Part shown: positions 1-12,009 of the stretch, in pieces
Layout: every line of letters begins with the position of its first letter
Position numbering within the stretch: position 1 is the stretch's first letter
Source: Botryllus schlosseri
Lineage: Eukaryota
Direction of reading: 5' to 3'
DNA length: 64,000 nt
NCBI GenBank assembly: GCA_051294905.1
Contig: CM119372.1
Coordinates: 34,288,001 to 34,352,000, forward strand
The notes under the pieces: model-generated
Databases searched by the model: none
What the model was told of the DNA's origin: nothing
The model's input: only the letters and a program-made list of their open reading frames with translations
Program-made: the position numbers and the translations under genes

Positions 1-2072
1 AAGGCTTCGCCCCCCAGGCCCCCTCGGCTAGTTCGTTTTTACCGCTACTTATCATCTATATTGGGTTTCCGTTTATTGAGTGAGCTTGTCTCGACTGACC
101 GCGCGAAGCGCGAATTTTTCTTATAATTCATGATTGAATCGGTCAATATGATCGAGAATTGCATATATATTGCTATCGATTTTTATCCTTTCGCTGCTCA
201 CGTAATCAGATTTACCGGTAGAGTGGAGTGAGGTGTGTTGGAAAAGTTAGGACCACTCAATAATAATTAAATATCTTCGGGCGTATACCTGTTGGCAGGA
301 ACGAAACAGCACTTCGTCAAGCCCCGCAAACAAACTAGGGTCTTGGGTTCCCATAGGGTGATAACCCGACCTTCCCCCATCACGTTGTTCTCTTTTGCCG
401 CGAAATTAGTTGTACTATTTAGTGAGCACGCGCCAGGCGCGAAAATTGTCAATAATTCATAATAAAATCTGTCAAGATCGGGAATTGCATATATATGCTA
501 TCAATTTCTTGTCCTCTCTGCTCGCGTTATCAGATTTGCCGGTAGAGCTGAGTGGGGTGTTTTGGAAACTGTAGGGCCCGTAAATAATAGGCTAATTAAA
601 CATCTTCAGGCGGACGGACCCGTTGGTATGACTTCGTTACATGATGTTATTTCGTGACCTCCGCTATATCAAAAATATATATAATAGCATAAATGTACTA
701 AACTAAAAGACGCACACGATTTCAAATTGGTATTTCTTCACTGGCATATAATATTTCTCTGCGGGATGGTATTTCTCTTGTGAGGTTCAGATTGCTAAGA
801 CAGGAACACTCGGCGTCGGTCATTTAGACGCCGATGGACAATAAACCTATACGTATCAGCATAAGCGCAGTTCTTTTCAGCCAAGGTTTTCTCGCTGCCG
901 ATCATTCTGACACATTTTTTGGAGTCGCATGTTGGTCTAAAACTTTATATCTTGGTGCGTCGCGGCGCGGTAATGGCCTACGCCGATATGGCCATTTCTA
1001 TAAATCTTGCGTATTTTTTCTTGGGTGAAGAGTACCCAATAATCAAGATATTTGACAACTTGATATCGCGCGGAGCACGAAATAATTTTGAAAAAGCTGC
1101 ATAAATTTTCAAAAAATACTTTATAATTTATGCTAATTCACGAAATAATTTTGGGCCCCCTTCGAGCCCGCATCCCCCCCATTGGGTTTTTTTTGTGCGG
1201 CAGTTACGGTCCTGGATGTACGCAATACAATACAGTTGATAAAACCGTCCATCCCTGCCTGTGGCGGAAACGTCAACAACGCGGTACCAATACCTATCAC
1301 CAGTAATCCAATAATAGCCTGTGCTTATGCCTGAAGACTTCAGGATGAAGTCTGGTGTTTCGTTCTTGAAAAATACTTGCTTTGGCTCCTTTGGCAGTAT
1401 GTCAAATAGTCGTGCTGTTGAGCGGTGTTATTTCGTCTATACATCCAGCGTATAATTCTAATATAATGTGTTGACGTAATTGAAGGCAAATACTAGGCAA
1501 CCAATATCACATCTAAAACCGCGGATTGCCTGTTCGCTGGAAGTTAACAAAACCGCAGACGTCTGCAAGCAGTCATCAAGCTGCTGAGTAATGACTCGAA
1601 ACCGAGAAACGCTCGAAATCCTAACCGAATACCAAAAGCACTCCCGAATCGAGCTGGACTCGGCCTTTGCTCCGTTGAGCGCGACTTGAGTTTGAGACAA
1701 AGACGTGTCTCTGAATAGGAGCCTTAAATGAGCTTCAGCTTTCTTAATTGCTGATAAATAAGCACATGTGACGATGAAACCAATAATGGCATTGTCTTAT
1801 ATCAAGGAATCTTTCAGTAGAATAGCTGCTAATTGATTTACCAAAAAGTCCATTGATAGAAAACTATTTCTAGAAAAGAAATTGGATCAGTTTAGCTGTC
1901 TGCGTTCAGATCCTATCATATAATCAGTGGAAAAACAATTAAAATTGTGTGAACATTTCCATCGTCGAGGCTGTGTGAAGGTCGCCTTTCCTTTTTGACC
2001 TAATTTAAAAGTTGTAAACAAGGGACACTGCTTGGAATTAATGACAAAATGCGAGGATGCTTGTCCTCAAAG

Positions 2073-2977
2073 CACTGTTGGGAAGACTCGGGTCATGACC
2101 TGACTCGAGTCATACTCGAGTCACCTTTTTCGTATGAATTGACTTGACTCGAGTCTCTTTGCTAAAATGACTTGACTTGACTCGGCGTATCAGAAATGTG
2201 GATTGACTCGTGACTCAGAGCAAAATTCACGAGTCAATTTCAAGTCATCAAGTAATCGGTGCCGATGAAAATCACTGTATCTTGCATATGTTCGGATTGT
2301 TCGCGAAAGGCTGGTGTAACCCGTGAAAGCGAACAATCATTCAATGATAGAGCGTTTCACCGTACCTTGGTTGTTCTCTCATAACTAAATTGACCGCAAA
2401 CGAAGTGATCGAAGCTTACAGCTTGTCATAGACTCTAGTAGTGAAGTAGTAAAATAGCAAAATGTCTATTTCTGTTCTCTGTTCTGTTGCCTGTACCAAA
2501 CCTCTTGTTTCATTGAAATTGAATTCGAATATAGTTGGTATTGTCCTCAAACATTAGCGCATGCTCGAATTGTCTCATATCTATTTGCAAATGAGTAATG
2601 TATTATAGCATCTTATCAATTCGCTTCACTATTCTTTATTTTGGCTGGTAACTATAAACTGAGGCTATGCAATTACTTGTAGTTTAACAGTTCTACGTAT
2701 ATGTGAGCAATACAACGCCTTCTTGCGTGTATATTATACTCTATATTCGTTCATCAGTTTGGAATCAATGACCACTCAATCTGTATTTCAGACAGCTAGC
2801 AAACTGCAATGACTTGAATTGAAATGTGACTTGACTCGAGTCACTTTCAAAAATCGAGTGACTTGACTTGACTCGAGTAACCTTTGGAAATCGATTGACT
2901 TGACTTGACTCGAGTTAAAATGTGCAATGACTCTAAATGACTCGTGACTCGAAGGTAGTGAATTGATTCCAACGCTG
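2073..2977. mobile_element. Non-autonomous hAT-like element with GACTCGAGTC/GACTT subterminal repeats
   Basis: TIR CACTGTTGGGA.../...TTCCAACGCTG. Dense TGACTCGAGTCA motifs at both ends. Flanks cctcaaag/atacaaag match only partly. Same family at 19855-20590 and a truncated end at ~26190. Confidence 0.75.
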
Positions 2978-3107
2978 ATACAAAGTAACGTCGTTTTTGC
3001 TGCAGTGTTCTGTTCATATAATACCAAATGTCCAAGAGTGCCGCAAAAGTTTTATCAATTTTCTAGTGCGTCACAAGTTGAAAAAGTTTAGGAACAACCG
3101 TCGTAGA

Positions 3108-3545
3108 GAGGGTGGGATTTAAAACAACTTGTTTTATAAAACACATCGATTAAAACATGTTTTAAACAGCTTTTTAAACAAAGGCCTTTAAAATTTTTTT
3201 TTTTTCAAGTTGTAAAGTCATGGCATAATTGTGTAAATACTTTCCAACAAACATGTTGTATGAGCCTACGGACAATTACCACCGGATATAGTCGAGGTAT
3301 ATCGATATGGGATTTTTGGAACCCGCAAAATAGTCGGTTAAACAGTTGTAGTGCAGATATTTCGTCAAAGGATCTATATTTACCCTATATTTTCAATTGT
3401 GAATGTTAATCCACTATGACGTCACAACTGAATATTCGTGACATCATTGCTCAAAAAAACTAAAACAAAAAAAATGTTGTAAATAAGGGTCTTGTTTTAG
3501 ACATGCTTGTTTTAAATTGATTTTTGATTTAAATGCAAAGTCATA
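3108..3545. repeat. Dispersed MITE-like repeat with TTTAAAACA-rich ends (related copies ~28275-28663 and ~33116-33685)
   Basis: Shared core such as 'tatatttaccctatattttcaattgt.aatgt.aatccac' at ~3375 and ~28520; inverted copy near 33250. Ends approximate. Confidence 0.6.
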
Positions 3546-5483
3546 GAGTCTGTAAATAGAGGTGTTCGAAAAAAAAATCTTTACTATTTTCTTTAGAGTT
3601 TACATGAAGTCCCATGCATTTTCATATATATATATTTATGAGTAAACTGGTTCAAAGGGAAGGTGTGCTTACCCAATGGGATGCTGCAACCAACAAGATA
3701 ACTCAGCACGATGACTGCCACCTGACAAAATGCGGCTCTCTGCTTCTTCTGCCTTTCCGTTGTTATTGCGAGACCTGCCAATTTTTACGCAATTAGTTAT
3801 AGTAGGTCTATATTACACTGTTACGTTTCTTAAAAGGTAATTTACAATACATAATAAAATCGCAGTATTTACAGAGGGAGCATGGAACTACCCAATTACT
3901 ATGTCTACGATAAATGAGATATTCGGGAATAGAATAGCTCAACGTGAAAGTAACATATGAGCAATTGAGCATTAATGGGACTATAGGAGTAGTGTTATGG
4001 GAATCGTTTGTTACCGTCCAATCACAGAAGGCCACGTCGCCTTAATTGCCACGCCTACATTGCCACATCATCCCCCATTGCCGCACCTATATGACGCCCA
4101 TTGCTACATCGTGTGTATTTATGAGCAAATTTCATTGTTTTGTGAATTTCAATACCGATTTTCCATGTGTATTTAGCAATATGTATTGAATAACTTGAAA
4201 TGTATCATCACTAATTAATTAATATGAAAAGCGATTTTGAGCGCTGCGACTTGAATATATTAATCCCTACGCTTCTGATGAATGATTTTATGTGATAAGG
4301 ACCTTGGTAACATTCAGATTCTGCAACGATTGTTTGGATATACATTTTAGCAATACCCCACTAAATTATAAGCGGTTATATTACTCTATTGGTCGGAGAT
4401 AACTCATCCGTCAATATTTTTAAACTTGATTTTATGAGTACAAGTTTCGGTTTCTGCGGTCTCCACATTTACGACTTATTTTGATTAGACGCAGGTTAGC
4501 GATTCTCAAGTTCGGAGCTATGGAAACAAATCAGTCGCATGTGCACGTTCCGAACTCGCAACAGCTTACTGAGCTTAGTAGCATATACGCGAATCCCAAG
4601 GCGAAAATAATCGAACGAACTATAGCCGCAGGCGCGCGAAGGGCTGTAATTATACAAACACTTTATCCGCATATACGCGAACCCTAGCGTTATAACGACA
4701 GGAAATAATTAGCGCGTTCTGAAGCCGTAAATTTAGTCAACTTCAATCAGATAGCCATGATTTAAAGATGGTAATATCTCCTAATGACTTTAATACTCTG
4801 AATTTTAAATTATCCACACCTATGAGTTAATACTTCTTTACTTAACAACTCCAAAGGTTAGCACAGTTTGTGGTATTTCGATTACCTGCTAATAAAATGT
4901 TGAAATGTAATGTACTTTTTTTCAGGGGTCTCGATGAATTGTACCAGTTTCATCTATTTCCTACAATGCATTTCGCTGTCCTGAATGACTTATCATCACC
5001 GTGAAAAAATAGTAAAAATATACCGAAAATTTGGGAAGTCCTACTATGCGATATTTGAGTTTTTCAATTTACATTTCGAAATTAGCCCAGTTGGATATCA
5101 ACGAAAACCACGTAAAATTTCACTCCAAACGTTATGGCTTTAACTCGAGCAAATACGTATTCCGAATTTTATGAGTGAAATAACCTTCCTTATGTCAAAT
5201 CTACATAGGGCAGAATAAATCGAAAAAACAATAAATGCGGAAGCCTAGGCATCGAGATATAGCTCGGCGTCACACCGCGGTCCAATAACGAGAGTGGAAT
5301 AATATAGAAATCATACCGAACCATTGTAAAAGTGACGTTTCTTAGTTTATGCATATAAAATTTCACATTGTAAAAGTTAATATTCAAGGTCCATTTTAGT
5401 TTAATACTGAAACTGTCTTGAATTTGAAACAGGCCTATATCATAAACACTTGAGTAGTTGGTGCATGTAGGCAAAAAAAACCA

Positions 5484-7218
5484 CTTGAGTACTTTGAAGA
5501 AATACATGTACTTCTCTGCTCAACATCTCTGAACGATAGAAGTGGAGAAATAGTCTACAAACATAACCAGTTACTCACTTACTTACTTACTTTGAAATCT
5601 GTACTTTTACTTGTATTCGAGCGGAATTGCGCGATGTTGAGTACCATCTGACGGCGTTTATCACACTGCTGGAAAATTAAGGTTCAGTACTCGAGTATCA
5701 AATTAGATTTACTTGAGTGAACGTGAGGAGTTATAATAAGTGATTCTACTAAAGTTTCCATGTGGCGCGGTGAGGGCCGCAGGATGGAGAAAAGATACTT
5801 TAGGAAAAATGGATACGATCGGTGGTACTAACGCCTCGGCTAACAAAGGATATTTCAAACACTTTTAGTAGTACTTAACAGTTTCAGTTTTAAATAAAAT
5901 TCGGAATATAAACTAATCGAAAAATTCGGTAACCAATTTCGCGTAGGCTATGCATACAAATGAGGAACGTTACATCAACGCGTGTTAACTAGTTGTATTA
6001 TGAAGCTTGTAATTCATGCAAGTAAGTCGGACAAATTCGTCGCATGAACACGACTCTAATGGACATAACGAAATGAAAATTTTGTAAAGTAGATATTTTT
6101 CGGTATGCTAAATTCGGCTACGCGGTGCTAGTCTTCTTGGCCGCATGAAATAGGATGTTTTAGCTTCAACCTCAACGCATAAGCACATCGAATTTAAATA
6201 TAGGCGATGAATAATATACAGTAGCTCCAATTTTAATGAAAAAATAAAAATAAAAATAAAAAAGCGCGAAAACTGCATTTATCCTGGAACGCACCAAGAA
6301 AAACCGTATGAATTTGTAAAGTAGTTAGAAAACTACACTATTCCGCTACACTAAAGACTTTGGCACTCCGGATTTTGTATAGTGTTTACTAATTTTACAT
6401 TGCGGAGTATTCAGTAAAGTTTAATCCAGTGATTCTCCATCTATTTTCAAACACGATCATCTTATTTGTCTAGGCTTCGAACCCCACACCCAGTACGTTT
6501 TATGGGGATTAATATTTTACTCAGCTATACCTTCCAATTCGGTTCCCGACACGATAACTTTCCTCCGTATGATCATTAAGGCTTCTATTTTTGTTGCAGG
6601 ATGGCTTTGTAGGATTCTTTAAATATCGCTTTCGACTACAATAACGTTTGGAAGGGACTCGTGTTTGTTGGAATCGGACTGACATCTATAGCAATGGCAT
6701 TATCAAGATAATGGATGTTCGCATGTTTTATCTCATGTAATATTTTAAGAATAAAATTCTTCATCGTTTAATCGCATCCATTTTACTGTAGGATGTATAC
6801 AGTTTCAGTATGAATGATGGGTCCTATGGTGCTTGACGAAAGAAGTTGGTCATCTATTCTATATTCCGAAATAATCAAGTTGGCGATTTTTTATCAGCAC
6901 CTAGCCTCATAGAAACTTTAGTCGAATCACTTATAACTCCTAAGTTTAGTCAAGTAAATCTAATTTGATACTCGATCACTGAACCTTAATTTTCCAGCAG
7001 TATGATAGACACCCTCAGATGGTACTCAACATCGTGCAATTCTGCTCGAATACAAGTACAAATAGAGATTTCAAAGTAAGTAAGTAAGTAACTGGTTATG
7101 TTTGTAGACTATAACTCGACTTCTATCGTTCAGAAAGGAAAGGACGTAGTTTATTTTTGTCCTTGATGTTTGAGATGTTGAGCAGAGAAGTACATGTACT
7201 TCTTTAAAGTACTCAAGT
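5484..7218. repeat. Internal ~290-bp inverted repeat pair (5484-5772 / ~6897-7218) within the arm; mirrored in the right arm
   Basis: For example 'ctgctggaaaattaaggttcagt' (~5666) versus 'actgaaccttaattttccagcag' (~6978). AGTACTCAAGT motifs resemble Tol2-type hAT subterminal repeats. Confidence 0.8.
6600..6711 (+). pseudogene. Captured terminal exon resembling Bcl-2/Mcl-1 family (end of BH2 plus C-terminal TM anchor), frameshifted; mirror copy 14398-14509 (-)
   Basis: Acceptor ttttgttgcag|GAT GGC TTT GTA GGA TTC TTT = DGFVGFF. Then in the +1 frame: NIAFDYNNVWKGLVFVGIGLTSIAMALSR*. AATAAA at ~6750. Confidence 0.55.
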
Positions 7219-8360
7219 TGGCTAAAATGCCAAGCTACCATGTAACTAAGGCTACTATTTGTCATAATAACTACTATGAGCGCACAATTAGCTTGTTCAA
7301 AATCTCCAAATTCCAGGGATTCACTGATTGAATTGATATATATTGAATTAAAATAATGCTGCATACGAAATTTGGTAGATGTGAACGCATTTTTATCAAA
7401 ATGTTCAAATTTCACTGACATCCTCTTGAAATTGTTACAGTGTCTAAAACAGAGATCTCAAACACGCGGCTCGCGAACCGCCAATTTAATAAACCGTCGA
7501 ACAATCAGGGTAGGAGACAAGATTTTTCCGTTCTATATCATGACAATACCAACAAACACCGTGCAAAGTTTCAAGGTTGTCATTCGATGATTAAGGAATT
7601 AAGAAAACTACTTCTACTAAACTTCTGGACTTTTATTAAACCTAAACACTGCATCTGATCAAGTATAGATAGAAAAGCAAAGCTAATATAAAATTTCACG
7701 AAGTCCCGATTCTGTAACTACTGTGAGTAGGCAAACGTTAGCTGAGTATACTCCGAAAAAACAGGAGTAATTCGTTACTCACCAAATAAATGGATAACAT
7801 TCAATATGAGCGGCGTTAGGATATCCGTCAAATACTTTCCGTTATTCTATAGAAGTTGCGTTTCTGACTACTTAAAAGTTGCTAGAGCTCATGCTGTTTT
7901 ATCGTCGTATTGATGTTCGTTTTGAAAAGTAGCATGCTCAATGGTTCATGTTCACATTATTCAGGTAAATTAGGTTTTGCGCAAAGAAAAATAAAATTCA
8001 CGCAAAAGTCGCTATTGCTCCGTCATGATTTTGATGTTGTTCCATACCGATTTGGGAGGTAGTTCACTTAATTTTGTGAAGTACGCAGAAAACTACTTCT
8101 ACTAAATTCCTACACTTCTAAACTTCTACACTGAATCTTGTAAAGTATATAGAAAAGGAACACTAACGAATAATTCATGAAGTTCCGATAGGCTATAGTT
8201 GAGGTAATGATTCCCGTGCGAATGAAAAGTAAGTAGAGAAGCTTAGTATATCAACGATATCGTTGCCAGTCATTGTGTCGATTCGCTGCTTGAAATCCTC
8301 CAGATCGATTGATGTTTCGAGGTTTCGTGGTTTCGCTTTGCTGTCATCCGTACGAGCAGA

Positions 8361-8612
8361 ATGTCTGGATTAGGAACAGCTACGCCAGGACCATTGATGC
8401 TTTCGATACAGTGCAATATGAATAGCGCTACGTTGATCAATTCAAATTCAACAATGGCTCCCGCGCACGATTATGTAGCCGGATTTTCGTTGAATATTGA
8501 CGACACCCACAAACCGAAAGATCTCTTTCCCCTTCACATCTATGATAGAGTTATCACTCCAATGACTACGAATAACTTGAGATTCCGTCGGATTAATATC
8601 CGAATCAAATAA
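8361..8612 (+). CDS. 83-aa ORF, possible remnant of a Polinton minor capsid (penton) C-terminus; mirror copy 12497-12748 (-)
   Basis: IQCN...IN...F.LN...PK.L..L....I..M...N.RF..INIRI loosely follows recalled Polinton penton C-terminal spacing. By eye only. Confidence 0.25.
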   Translation: MSGLGTATPGPLMLSIQCNMNSATLINSNSTMAPAHDYVAGFSLNIDDTHKPKDLFPLHIYDRVITPMTTNNLRFRRINIRIK

Positions 8613-9099
8613 TACCAGAGTATCTTTTCCAGCTTTTAAAACCCGCACTGTCGCGTTCAGCCTATGTCGCAACACCACAATATATGGCCATACAAAACGA
8701 TGAATAGTTGCTTTTTGTAGTACCATATCTGCGAGATATTTTCAGTTGGGTGTAATTTCACGCTGCTCACCAATTTACAGCTCACAGTGCAACTGAATTT
8801 GCGTCCATTCTAATTCTACATAATTTTTGCATGTCAGGCAATTACATCATCAGTAAAATGCCGGCGGCGACTCATTTAAAGCTTGTTAGTATCTGAGATA
8901 ATTGGCGCTCAAGCGTAGCATGGAATCGCTAATGATGTTTGTCGTATAATGTAAACTGTATATCATTATAAGAAAGATCAATGGGACTACGTCCCGAGTA
9001 AAAAAAAGACATTCACGAAGTTCCGATACACTATATCCTAATTTTTAAAAATTATTCCTCCTCTTGAGTCGAGACGTAGTTAAGTAAATAATTTTTATG

Positions 9100-9223
9100 T
9101 ATTAATCATTACCTATCTTCCGTAAACCAACAAAATACAACTAAGATCCTATTCCATTATTCCCGCACCACACTATGTAGGCGACCAGCCTGATTTGAAC
9201 ACTCTAATTTTTCCAAAGTAAAC
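9100..9223 (-). rRNA. Degenerate 18S rRNA fragment (left-arm copy)
   Basis: Reverse complement of 11886-12009. Confidence 0.8.
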
Positions 9224-9371
9224 ACTTAAGAAAATTTTATGTGGTTTTTAGATAATGTCCAAGATGTAGGCTCACTTTAAAGGGTAAATCGTAAAACTCA
9301 GATATTGCGCAGTGCGAGTTCGCAAATTCTTGAAGTATTTTTGTTATTTTTATTGCGATAAGTCATTCTGC

Positions 9372-10670
9372 AGTGCGAAAATGCGTCGTAGGATATAGAT
9401 GAAACTACCAACACTCATCAAGACCGCTGAAAACAGTACATTTCAACATTTAGTAGCAGTAAATTTCTAATAAAGTACAAGAAGTGATGATTTCCGAGTG
9501 AGTTAAAAAGTAAGTATTGCAGGTATAGTTTACCTGAAAACCGAATACTCTGAAATAGAAGTAGATGCAGTGTAAATAGTTAATCACTTGATTAAGTATA
9601 GTGCAAGCAGATAAAACCTATACTTGAGTACTACAAAATGCACGAGTACTTCGCTATCGACTCACTCCACGTAATAAGTGACTACGGTTTAAGACTTCTT
9701 TTACCGATACTCGTCAGTTTCAGTTTTAGATAGCATTCGGAAACCAAATAATTTCATAAACATAAGCTACTTAAATGAATTTACTCGAATGTACTATGCC
9801 GCGCTGATAAGATTAATTATAATATACTTATCATGTTACAGCGATTTTTCTAGCGTAGAAAATCTTTAAAATGTAGTAAGCAGGCCAATATGAAGATATT
9901 CGTTGAGCTTAATAAACATAAAAAATACTCTAGACTACTTTATCGGTACTTTACAGTTTCAGTTTTAGATACAATTTGTCCCTTTCACCTATAATTACAA
10001 CTCCTCGCTATCTAAACATGTTTAGAATATATTATTTGCGATGATACGAACCCGTAAAGTACTCAAGTAGCTTTTCGTAGGATATAGATGAAACTGACAC
10101 CGCTCACGAAGACCACTGGTCCACTGAAAAAAGTACATTGTAGCAGTAAAGTCCTACTAAAGTACAAGAAGTAATGATTTCCGAGTGAGGTAAAAAGTAA
10201 GTATTGAAGGTATAGTTTGGTCAAAACCTAAAAACTCTGAAATAGAAGTAGATGCAGTGTAAATAGTTAATCACTTCATTAAGTATAGCGCAAGCAGGCC
10301 AAACCTATACTTGAGTACTTCAAAATGTACAAGTACTTCGCTATGTTCTCCCTGCTCGTAAAAAGTGACTAGGTTTTAGAGTACTTTATCGGTACTTGAC
10401 AGTTTCAGTTTTAGATAAAATTTGGTAAGACTTTAAATTTTTTAAAGTAGTTTGAGCTTACGTTTGTATCACCTTGACAAGTAACATTATCAGACATGAA
10501 AATGATACTATCACCTAATACAGAAGTTAACACACGTCCATGTGCTTCTTAATTCACGAGAAATTGCTTACTAAGAGAAATGTATTCTTGTATAAACAAT
10601 AGTGGAGAGAATATTTAAAATGTAGTAAGCAGGCCGATGGGTATTCTTTGAGTTGTATAAGCATAAAAAA
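9372..10670. repeat. Diverged tandem duplication (~690-bp period) running from the left arm into the spacer
   Basis: 'ctctgaaatagaagtagatgcagtgtaaatagttaatcactt' occurs at ~9548 and ~10235; 'aaaatgtagtaagcaggcc' at ~9868 and ~10617. Confidence 0.85.
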
Positions 10671-10749
10671 CATTCCCGCGCGCGTGTCTTAGTATTAGGT
10701 GGTATAGGGTTAGGATGAATTAGGTTAAGGAGCGCGCGGGAATGTTTTT
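10666..10749. other. Perfect 18-bp hairpin with telomere-like loop at the palindrome turning point
   Basis: AAAAACATTCCCGCGCGC (10666-10683) pairs with GCGCGCGGGAATGTTTTT (10732-10749). Loop: gtgtcTTAGTaTTAGGtggtaTAGGGTTAGGatgaaTTAGGTTAAGGa. Confidence 0.9.
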
Positions 10750-11885
10750 ACGAGGAGGGAGAACATAGCGAAGTACTTGTACATTTTGAAGTACTCAAGT
10801 ATAGGTTTGGCCTGCTTGCGCTATACTTAATGAAGTGATTAACTGTTTACACTGCATCTACTTCTATTTCAGAGTTTTTAGGTTTTGACCAAACTATACC
10901 TTCAATACTTACTTTTTAACTCACTCGGAAATCATTACTTCTTGTACTTTAGTAGGACTTTACTGCTACAATGTACTTTTTTCAGTGGACCAGTGGTCTT
11001 GGTGAGCGGTGTCAGTTTCATCTATATCCTACGAAAAGCTACTTGAGTACTTTACGGGTTCGTATCATCGCAAATAATATATTCTAAACATGTTTAGATA
11101 GCGAGGAGTTGTAATTATAGGTGAAAGGGACAAATTGTATCTAAAACTGAAACTGTAAAGTACCGCTAAAGCAGTCTAGAGTATTTTTTATGTTTATTAA
11201 GCTCAACGAATATCTTCATATTGGCCTGCTTACTACATTTTAAAGATTTTCTACGCTAGAAAAATCGCTGTAACATGATAAGTATATTATAATTAATCTT
11301 ATCAGCGCGGCATAGTACATTCGAGTAAATTCATTTAAGTAGCTTATGTTTATGAAATTATTTGGTTTCCGAATGCTATCTAAAACTGAAACTGACGAGT
11401 ATCGGTAAAAGAAGTCTTAAACCGTAGTCACTTATTACGTGGAGTGAGTCGATAGCGAAGTACTCGTGCATTTTGTAGTACTCAAGTATAGGTTTTAGCT
11501 GCTTGCACTATACTTAATCAAGTGATTAACTATTTACACTGCATCTACTTCTATTTCAGAGTATTCGGTTTTCAGGTAAACTATACCTGCAATACTTACT
11601 TTTTAACTCACTCGGAAATCATCACTTCTTGTACTTTATTAGAAATTTACTGCTACTAAATGTTGAAATGTACTGATTTCAGCGGTCTTGATGAGTGTTG
11701 GTAGTTTCATCTATATCCTACGACGCATTTTCGCACTGCAGAATGACTTATCGCAATAAAAATAACAAAAATACTTCGAGAATTTGCGAACTCGCACTGC
11801 GCAATATCTGAGTTTTACGATTTACCCTTTAAAGTGAGCCTACATCTTGGACATTATCTAAAAACCACATAAAATTTTCTTAAGT

Positions 11886-12009
11886 GTTTACTTTGGAAAA
11901 ATTAGAGTGTTCAAATCAGGCTGGTCGCCTACATAGTGTGGTGCGGGAATAATGGAATAGGATCTTAGTTGTATTTTGTTGGTTTACGGAAGATAGGTAA
12001 TGATTAATA
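11886..12009 (+). rRNA. Degenerate 18S rRNA fragment (3' part of the V4 region)
   Basis: GTTTACTTTGGAAAAATTAGAGTGTTCAAATCAGGC...GGAATAATGGAATAGGA...TATTTTGTTGGTTT.CGGAA...GGTAATGATTAATA matches conserved eukaryotic 18S motifs in the right order. Confidence 0.8.

Noticed and set aside
1200..1810. Protein-like stretches on both strands (possible LINE remnant or missing GPCR TM7 exon)
   Set aside because: Multiple stops, no NPxxY in a spliceable minus-strand exon, and only a weak GLGL motif; could not be assigned.
4481..7658. Short mirrored ORFs in the arms as real genes
   Set aside because: No recognisable motifs; their duplication simply reflects the palindrome.
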